The notes below the pieces were generated by a model. It saw only the letters and a program-made list of their open reading frames with translations. It did no database searches and was not told where the DNA came from. Made by a program: the position numbers and the translations under genes. Positions 1 to 9,086 of a stretch of 9,086 nt of DNA are shown piece after piece (within the stretch, counting starts at the first letter, position 1; every line of letters begins with the position of its first letter). The DNA comes from Trichoplax adhaerens (Eukaryota; Animalia; Placozoa): NCBI RefSeq assembly GCF_000150275.1, contig NW_002061157.1, positions 1 to 9,086 on the forward strand, written 5' to 3'.

Positions 1-415
1 CCCTTCGTGTATGCTGTAATCTATAAAAGTATTAGAAAAGCCTACTATGAAATTATATTCAGGTATATCCCTAGTTGCTGCTCTTTACCAGCTTCCACGT
101 TGGATTTTAATCAAACAAAATTATCTACTGCGATCGACAAATGTAGTACTGATATTATATATGACACTGGCGATCAGAGAGAAAATTTAGTGTTAGTAGA
201 TATTTAACCTGCCTAGCTTAAATGAGTAGTGGACTTGCAAATTTATTTACTAGACATACATAATGAACCGGTATTGATTTGTTACTAACAGACCATCTAT
301 TTGGATTAGTAGAAATGAATTATTCTGTCATAATAGACCTACTTTTAGAGTAGTATAATTTTATAACCATTTTCAGACTACCGCGTTTCATTTATGCAAC
401 ATTGATATATACGTA

Positions 416-428
416 ATATATATATATA
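416..428. repeat. Short (AT)6A dinucleotide tract
   Basis: ATATATATATATA read directly at 416-428. It is short and lies in very AT-rich context. Confidence 0.3.
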
Positions 429-1265
429 GGCCATATACCTACGCATCCACTATACTTTTATCCATAAAATTTCATAATACTGGTACGCTTCGTAATTGTA
501 ATGTTGATGTAAAGAATACAAAATATAACAGATATCATCTAGCGAAAATGTACGCCATCATTTGAGCTGTTATTATTCTTAGAAGCTACACTATAATGTA
601 TCACAAAGTATGTGATTACAATAGATCACCTTTAATAACTCTAATTACTGCTGGTGAATTATAATATGCAAAGTAAAATTTATTCTAGCTAGCTGCTATT
701 AAATTAGAGTATCATTGCGATTACGACCAATTGCTAAGTTATATCTTACTGAAGGGATTCAGTCACTTAATATAGTTGTGTGTACTAAATGAGATATACT
801 TGTGCCTATGTATATTTAATTTACTTTATCCATTTATCAATAAATATTTAAAAGGTTGCATTTTCCAGATGTTATTCTTTAGTTTCGATGCGATTAGTAA
901 CACACTAATCTTTTCAGGGTAAAGGATATTTTTGAGCTACTTGGCTCTAAAGCATGATTTAGGATTATTATGAAATAGATATAAAGTTGAAAGCCAAAGC
1001 TAAGGCTGTCCGTTATTTCCATAACAGTTACGCTTTGTTTCGGTAAAGATCCCAATCATATAGAAAATTGTCGACACGTACACAAGTTAAATAATCAAGT
1101 TATTTTGTTATCGTTGCTTCTAATTTAAAGTTTCTAGCACCAATAAGTATGTAAGCAAGTAATCCTGCTTATTTTAGTTTTTCTAAGCTTTTTATCCCAA
1201 AAAATATTTCAGGATCAAAGTATTCATCACATAGTTACGTCTACACTATTAAAGTATACTAATAA

Positions 1266-1565
1266 TTAATTGTTTCTATTAAGTTTCGCAACAACATGGT
1301 ATCTGTTTAGGCTGACTGTAAGTAATATTATTGTCGTTGAATTTACTTCAAACTCGCAGCAAGTATTCAAATACAACCTATAACCTACGACCAATATTCG
1401 TATGCTGCCTCTTTCAAGCCTTATTGCTATACATGTACGACTCAACACAGTAAGGAAAACGTAGTCATACTCGTACAAATTAATTACCGAAGGCTCGTTA
1501 TTTTGCGAATCAAGATCTTTATTTCTATTTTTACTAATGTTTAACGTAAGAAGGGAGGAAATCAA
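1266..1565 (-). CDS. Doubtful ORF (99 aa), probably spurious
   Basis: From the ORF track only. TTG start, no clear RBS and no recognisable domain. It lies about 60 bp from the 1627-1648 palindrome. Confidence 0.07.
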   Translation of the reverse strand: MISSLLTLNISKNRNKDLDSQNNEPSVINLYEYDYVFLTVLSRTCIAIRLERGSIRILVVGYRLYLNTCCEFEVNSTTIILLTVSLNRYHVVAKLNRNN

Positions 1566-1626
1566 CGTAAAAATATTACGTCTTACGAGTCAATTATTAT
1601 ATAAAAAAAAATAGTAGCGTAGTAGA

Positions 1627-1648
1627 AATAGAATTTTAAAATTCTATT
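1627..1648. repeat. Perfect 22-bp palindrome AATAGAATTTT|AAAATTCTATT, function unknown
   Basis: Read directly: the 22-mer equals its own reverse complement, and the flanking bases 1626 and 1649 do not pair. The sequence identity is certain; the confidence reflects whether it is biologically meaningful. Confidence 0.35.
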
Positions 1649-2825
1649 AAGATCGACTTTACATTGCGGTTATCAATTAGCCAATTTTCCATTTTAGAAA
1701 TTCTTATATCAGAAGAGATTTATTTAGCTTGCCTGTAAAATAGATAAATGAATATATTAAGTAATTTTGTTCTGTATCTAGTCATAGTAATTATTGTATT
1801 GATTTAGGAATGCTGATAAGTTTGCTTTGATTTAAATAATCAGTACATAGATTTACTATGTACGTTGTAGAAATGAAGTAGGAGTAAAAGTACTAATAGA
1901 TTGTTTTAGTTATCGGATGAACATTTCTGATCAAATAGAGTAATGTTTTAAATCTGACATACTATTTGTAAATTCTATAAAGCAAGTACTGTGCGATAAT
2001 TGGATTTTAAGTAAGTTTTAATGTACAGGAATTAAAGTATTCTATTTTAATGCATGACGATGAGTTTATCAATAAGCACTGATTAATCGTAGATTTTTCA
2101 TTAAACTTGGCTAATAATTAATCGATAATCTAATAATTTTGCTACATTATGATATTATACTGTCTAATATCGTATCCACTTCAATAGTTAGGTCAAGGTT
2201 AGCAGTTAATAAATTATTTACTTTGTTTATTGAAGTGAAAATAGCTTAAAGTATTAGTTTATAAAACTAATTATGCAACAAACTGATTCATGATGTGTTG
2301 ATTCAAAACTATTCCATAAATACTTCATGAAAAATGTAATAGCTGAGAACTCAAATTCATCAAAAGCATTAAAAGTTAAGATAAAGTTCATGATTAGAGT
2401 TCTATCAAACCAAAAATTATTTCAAGAAATGAATCAACCGAGTACTCCCGATTTACTTTCATGATGACAGTTTTCGAAGAAGTCTATAATTGATTAAAGA
2501 AAAAATTTATAGATAAGAATTACTTCTTACTTCCAATGTGACCTATGGTTATATGGGTTAAATTTGTCCTAATCAAACTATTCTGACCATACGAGTTCAC
2601 TGTTAGTAACATAGACATCTAATTATTGGCTAGAGTATCGAAATAAAGTCTAAATATATTATTGTGACTCATTCATGGAATCATTCTTCTTGTGTTATAG
2701 GCTACTAATATTAGGCCATTGCAACACGCTAGTACTCTAGAATTAAGTTTAATCCGTTTTACAAGTATTTCTTGAAATTGTTAAGATCATTCGATAAATA
2801 TTGGATATTTGTTACAGGTTAAGCA

Positions 2826-3128
2826 TTAATAATTTATGCAATTCTTGAGATAAATCTGCAAACCAATAAATTTATTCGCAGAAATTACTTGAAATACAAA
2901 ATTATCTTTGGAATCGAGTGACCTAATTAAATTGGAATTGTAACTATTAAGAAATATTAAAAAACTTATCAATTTACAATATACTTGTATAAGGCTTATG
3001 TTGAAGCTATCGAAACGTAGCTGGTACCTTATACTGTATTTCGAATCACCATTACTTATTGGAAATACTAAGAAATTTTTAAAAACTTGGTTGCTCGAAG
3101 CAACGAGTCTCGAATAAAATATTACCAA
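2826..3128 (-). CDS. Doubtful ORF (100 aa), probably spurious
   Basis: From the ORF track only. TTG start, I/F/S/N/L-rich composition typical of chance AT-rich frames, and no recognisable domain. Confidence 0.06.
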   Translation of the reverse strand: MVIFYSRLVASSNQVFKNFLVFPISNGDSKYSIRYQLRFDSFNISLIQVYCKLISFLIFLNSYNSNLIRSLDSKDNFVFQVISANKFIGLQIYLKNCINY

Positions 3129-6100
3129 TATTACTTGTTGAGATTGGAAAGATTACAATATCATGATGTAAGTACGGTAGCTGATAGCTTTAATATTAAA
3201 TTAATCATCCTAAATGCTTATTAGAGGGACAATAAGTCGATGAACTTAAAGAAATTTGCATGAGATAGGTGTTTGTATTTGTATCTTAGAATTATGATAC
3301 TCTTGTCACCTAAAGCTACATCTATCATTGTTATCCTTTCCAAAATTGTGGCAAATTACCAATTATAAACTTTGCTTAATTTTCTTATTTAACTATATAC
3401 AGTATCTACATATAACGGTATGAAATATCCTGAAGGATATATTATAGGTATTTAATAAGTTTAATGTTATAGTGATTTGTCACAAAACAGCTTTGCAACA
3501 AGATAACGTAATCTACGATCAATAAGTCAATTCCTTGAACTACGTATCAAGGAACGATATCTGCACTATCACGAGCACTTTTGCTCTACTAGCAGACTAC
3601 ACAAAGACTTAAACGCCTCGTATTTTACGTTAAACACTAAGTTGGACAATTCTTCTTTATTTCACGATATACTGCATTTATATACTATTCCTCAATAGTT
3701 CATGAGTCATAGTTAATACAATTATCATTAGAATCATTTACTGAATTAGATATTAATTTTAGCTACTGCTCTCTTAATGCAGACAACAGTATTTACGAAC
3801 ATAGACATGTAATAACTAATACAGAATAGTCAGATTACGATATGTCCTAGCACGGAACATTTCCATGATAATTTACAGTCTATCATAAGTAAATTACAAT
3901 CACAATGATTCGAACTGTAAGCAGATGATTTGCATTCCCTATTATAACTATTATAATTTCAGTATGTGTATAAGTGTCACTGTCATAAAAAGTCAGTGCT
4001 ATATTAAAATACAGTATATCCAAATTAGAAGTTAACTAAATAAGGATAGTCTAACAGAATTATCCTAACATAGTTATTTCTACTGTAATACAGTATTTAA
4101 CACTGTAACATGATTTAATTTCGATTAATTAGTTACATAAAGAATTATCTCGATTCTTCTATGTTCGACTATACATCGTACTGCAGCTTGTATTTAATTT
4201 AATATATAATAGTTAAAATTAATTGATTATATTTAGTGCCGGTATAATTTTAATTCCAAATAATGAAAAACTGCATGCTTTAACTTGTCCAAACAAATAA
4301 AATCATCAGATATTATATGATTATTATTATATTATGGGCTGCCTGTCTATTTTCCAACTGATATCTCAGCTAGTATAAATTCTAATGTATAGAATGCACA
4401 AATGTTGTGATGCTACTCTATAAGAATACTAAATTATGATCATGTGGTGCAAGTATCCCTGCTATGTACCGCATCTCCTATGAGTACCTAATTACTTGAA
4501 CTGATATTTATGGAATTGTGATTCTTAAAAATCTTGCGTCAAGGTCAGATAGTAAATCATTAATGATCCCTTGTTGTCAACATTATGTAATTAAATTAGA
4601 TTGGACTTTAAATATAGTATTTTTATCTAAAAGTTGTAAATTTTTCAACTAGTTTAAGTTATTGTGTAGCCATATAAGCCAATCCGTAAGTATTGATAGG
4701 AAGAACCAAAATACAAGTTTTAAAAGCAGAGTAATTGAGTTTCTGATATATAATCTTATGTAGATTTGCGATAGCAACTTAAGCCTAAGAAAAGAGATTC
4801 ATGGAATATTGGTAAGAAAAGAGCTTTATCAGTATATGATGAGTTAATGTTTTGAATGCTTTAATATTATGGGACAGATATGAAAGCTCTTGATAGACAT
4901 TAGAAATAGTTCATTAGCTAAAGAGCCAAGGTAGATAAATTATGAACATGATGAATTTATGAGCATTTTAACGTAATTATCCTTGCATAAAAAACATTTA
5001 TGACTAATCAATAATTACCTGTAATGGCTGCATTACAGCAAAACTTTCGTCTATTCATACAAAAGAATCATAAACTATTACGCAGATATATCCTTTTATA
5101 TAGGGAGTAGCTTATTTTTAATCCTGCTAAATTTAAAAATTTTTTTCTCCCAATGACGTAACTCACTTAATTTTCAATATGTGACTAATGTAAATACAGT
5201 ACGAAATTTCTGTGAAGTCATTCTATACTTGCATTAATTATTTATCTGCATACCAAACTATTTAGCCAGTACTTTTTTATAGCTTTAAATTTTAATTTCT
5301 TACCCATCAGCGCTGACTTTGTTTATCCCTATTGATAATTCGATACAATACGGAATTAGTAATTAATATAGGTGTTTTATGCTAGAGAAAGCTATAAAAA
5401 TTTGATATTGGTTTTGATACTTTCGTTGAAAATCGTTTCTTATCACTATCATTATTCCGTTAATTTGATACAGTTTTCATTAAATTAAATCATTTTTAAA
5501 CGCTGTTTAAGACTGTGGGTGGAAATTTATATAAACTATAATTTAAATAATGCTACTGTTTATTGTTTACTTCCTGTAAATTTAATATTTTGGGCGCATA
5601 AAGAACATCTGGCTGTAAAAGTTGTGAATATAAAGTCTAAAGTCAACATTATTATCTATAATAGCATTAGAACGATTACAAATTTTATCTATTTGGCCAC
5701 CTTAGTAACTGAGTGACCAGTGCCATTAACCTAAAAGTTCTAAGGTAAGTTTTACTAAAATGTTCAATTATAGCGCCAAAATATCAGAATTGAAATGGTA
5801 GCTATGGCTAGACATAACTGGAGCATCAAATAAATTCCATATTCCACGTAAATCTGCGAGACTGGAAAGTCGATAACTGTAGCGTAGTGATATAGAAAAA
5901 ATAATATGCGTGTGTATGGACAGATAACACTAATATTCAGGCTAGTTTAATTTAAAAACAGGCTAATGCTATTATTTCCTCAGAAAATCGAGATTTTTCG
6001 TTATCCTAATTTTAATTCATGGATTGCGATCGAAAGCTTGTGAATGATACATTTACAGCATTTAAAGGAAAGTGTTACAACTTCCAAATTTTGTAACAAG

Positions 6101-6489
6101 TACTAGATCTGCACTCAGCAAGGAGACCCAATAATTAAGTTGAAGAACTAACTTTATTGTTAAAATAAAGAGTTTATATACTTTCTTTATTGTGACCTTT
6201 GATCTACTAACGTAGATCACAAGATCATCACTAACAGAAAGGTTTCCCTAGTTTAGACATTACAAATAGACTATCATGCCAAGGATGGCAACATGAGAAT
6301 ACATATATAGATAACCTTAATATAGTACCATAACTACATCTATATACGCCTGACATGATAATATCGTGATATTTAACCATATATAGAAAGAAGGTAACAT
6401 ACTAATTATGTAACTATTACAGAACGTGACCGGAAGTCTTTTACAAAAATCTCGATTAATGTTATTTCAAATAGTACTAGTGCAAACTC

Positions 6490-6510
6490 CCGTCGCTTTG
6501 CGGACGGTTT
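6490..6510 (+). terminator. Weak terminator-like GC hairpin
   Basis: CCGTCGC-TTT-GCGGACGG forms a 7-bp GC-rich stem with one bulged G, followed by only three T. There is no upstream gene for it to terminate. Confidence 0.1.
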
Positions 6511-9086
6511 ACGATAATGTGCTCATTTAACAGATATTATATTACCATTTGTCGTAGACCTGTCAGAGGTTCAGTAACTTTATACCGTATAGACCTGTTT
6601 ATCATATTATAATCTTACGAACGTTAAAATATTTTAAGTATTTATCGAGCGTTTTCGAATAATTTGTAAGTGTTCTCACATTTAATAATGTATAAATCCG
6701 TTATTATGTAGCAATCATCACCGGTCCAAATAGCTCACAAATTATACTTTTATTTTCTATGTTAATGACAACTAGTAAATTTCGAATTTTTTGTAATAGT
6801 AAAATAATTTTAATTCTCTTAAAATCTGATGCTAATCATATTATCAGCGGACTTTTAGGTATTATTCAAAATCATTTATTAGACTAGTATGTAAGTAATG
6901 TATAGCAATAATTTTAACAGTGTATCTAAGTAATTATGATATACCGGTAAATAACAATTCTAGCGGTTCATCTATGAGCACACTAAAACTTTTACGTAGC
7001 AGTTTAAGTTAAACTAATCTTAAAAATTGAAACCATTAAAATAGGAAATACGGTTTTTTATTCAAATTTTGAAATCATACACGTATTATTATCAAAGGGT
7101 ATTCTAGTAGCTCCATTTATTTAACAAACTTCAACGGAATTTCGCACTATGTAAGTGTCACAACCCTCACTTGTGGCAAAGGAAAGTAAAGAACTCTAGT
7201 GTAGTTACTTAAAACTTGGGCTATTTCTCCCAGTACTTTCAGTTTCTATGAGAGAAATATTTGAGAACTCGATTTCTCGGCTGATCTCCACAGACAACTG
7301 ACTAATTATTACACTATTCTTCACGATATGAGTCTTGCCGTTTCTTGAGCAATTACTAACTTTATTCTACAAACACACGCACTTAAATAGGTTTCTACAG
7401 TGAATTCCAATATTAACGAGTGAGAATTCATGCTTTACAAGTTACATTAATTAGTATAATACCATTACTAAATATACATGTCGATATTCTCAGACTTAGA
7501 TAGCTACAAGCTATCAGGTGTTAAGACGCTTAACCTTCGTCCATATACAGCTCAATTTTTAGAGATTAACACACCTTATAAACCTACAGTAAATTAACTG
7601 CTAACAACTTCTATTTTTATCTCATTTCTACCATCCTATTATCAGCTACAAGCGCATTAAAACATAGCACATAACCTTATCTTATCTATTCATAAGCATT
7701 CATTAATTTACAGTTACTTAATTAGTAACGGCGTACCGTGACAGTAAGCGATATCTAAGAAAAACATGTTCATCAATCAGCGTTTTGCTATTTCATTTTG
7801 TACAGGAATTACGATTGGATATATTTGCAAATTTTAATCGACAAAACTAAACTTAGACTCAATGGTTGATATAAAAGAATCCTAATGCATTTTGAAATCT
7901 TCCGTTCTTTTAAGCTTAGAGTTATCAAATATTTTTATGAATATGTCTAAAGCCTAATGGATCTATCTACAGATAAACAAAGCTTGATTATACCGTTGCT
8001 AATAAATAGTATTATGAAGTGTTTCTAATTTCCTTTATGTACTGATGATAATTAGCGATTTTTTGATGTTTACTTAGGATAAAATATACCTTGATTATTC
8101 AAAAATTTTTATTGAATAATACGAGTATCATTTTCGGATTTTTAAGTTATATTGGAGAATGTGCAGTTTTTAGTTTAATTCGGCCACTATCACACCATAT
8201 AAACCAAATGGTTAAAAAAATGTAAAATTTTTCTGTTCTAGATAATTTAAATAGTTATAGCATTGGGTTAATTCTTGTATTTCTTTACATTTTATCTAAA
8301 TACGGAAAATATTAATCGTTATATTGAGAAAAAATATTTGCGTAATATGTTTCATTATCATTTATCCTTTTGTTAAAAGCATGGGTACCATTGCCTACGA
8401 AGCAATGGAATGTTCTGCCGATACACAGAAAGGACAATATTTTAAATTAATCTTAACCATTTTAGACCACAATGAGTAAATCTACATTTTTTATCAGTCA
8501 CTAGATCTTAATTTTGATAGCAGAATTTTTTCCAGGTTCAACTAATTACTAATTACAGAATAATTTAGCTTTTATATTGAGAAAATTCTATAAAATCATG
8601 TATCTATTATTATGATTTTTTGATATTGTAAAGAAGTGGCTTAGTGTTCGCTAGCCTTGCATCTTGCAAATGAAAGAGCGCATGCGGGCTATGCATTTTA
8701 TAGTTTTTATGTAATAGAGTCAATATGGTCTTATATTTACTCCTTTGTTAAATTTAGTGTTGTTTATAAAGCGAGACTTTAATTATGATAAATAAGTACT
8801 CATATTAAGATAAGATAAACAAGTTGACTTCGGATACTATAGTAAAGCGTATAGATTTCTTTGCTATATAGAAACCATATTCTAGAATTATGATCTGTTA
8901 CGATTGTTGTTGTTTACGATTCTCGCGATGTAAGCAAGTAGAGTATAAAAGATAATTCTCTAGTTTCTAAAGCTAGTCCTGAATCCGGAGATCTATAGCA
9001 TTGTATACTATCTCTTTCTCAGTATAGACACTAATAAACGATATTTCTAAAACCCTCTACCGAAACCGAAAAACTTCGTTACAGAT

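Noticed and set aside
7-207. 66-aa ORF on +
   Set aside because: GTG start at the window edge, no recognisable motif, and a length expected by chance.
1551-1560. Shine-Dalgarno-like AAGGGAGGAA
   Set aside because: No ATG, GTG or TTG at a suitable spacing and no downstream ORF.
3531-3554. Inverted repeat TTCCTTGA-N8-TCAAGGAA
   Set aside because: About five 8-bp stems with spacers up to 10 nt are expected by chance in 9 kb at this composition, and there is no gene context.
4786-4823. 11-bp direct repeat TAAGAAAAGAG (4786-4796, 4813-4823)
   Set aside because: Only two low-complexity purine copies; not an array and not flanking any element.
4681-4980. Purine-rich stretch tested for stop-codon reassignment and for reversed or complemented reading
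   Set aside because: The best frame (from 4683) is broken by TAG, TAA, TGA, TAG and TAA, so no single reassignment opens it. The other frames and the reversed or complemented readings also close quickly. This was a spot check only.
5519-5716. 65-aa ORF on +
   Set aside because: GTG start with no convincing RBS; I/N/Y-rich composition typical of a chance frame.
7478-7597. 39-aa ATG-started small ORF (MSIFSDLDSYKLSG...)
   Set aside because: No RBS and no recognisable motif; many ORFs of this size arise by chance.
8094-8120. Inverted repeat ATTATTCAA-N9-TTGAATAAT
   Set aside because: AT-rich 9-bp stem; about one or two are expected by chance.
597-8408. Other short inverted repeats at 597-620, 4081-4095, 6073-6098 and 8388-8408
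   Set aside because: Stems of 7-9 bp with no shared sequence, no U-tracts and no regular spacing. They do not form a family such as attC, REP or CRISPR repeats, and their number is at chance level.
1-9086. RIP-mutated fungal transposon relic, CRISPR array, tRNA or rRNA
   Set aside because: CpA and TpG remain common, unlike RIP products. I saw no regularly spaced repeats of 20 bp or more and no tRNA or rRNA hallmark motifs.

Overview
AT-rich window (about 29-30% GC from hand-sampled lines) with no recognisable gene. The four ORFs in the track (65-100 aa, about 11% of the window) all start at GTG or TTG, lack a convincing RBS and show no protein motif I recognise. Their number and length are roughly what random sequence of this composition gives. 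I found no rRNA, tRNA, CRISPR array, transposase, integrase or long repeat. Spot checks for TGA or TAG reassignment and for reversed or complemented reading did not recover long ORFs. CTAG, TpA and CpG show no obvious depletion, while local G/C skew varies in blocks. The best reading is non-coding DNA that behaves like locally shuffled or synthetic sequence; extremely decayed or eukaryotic intergenic DNA cannot be excluded. Only small patterns are visible: a perfect 22-bp palindrome at 1627-1648, a TTCATGA cluster at 2287-2466 and several short inverted repeats at about chance level. I cannot support a novel biological system here.
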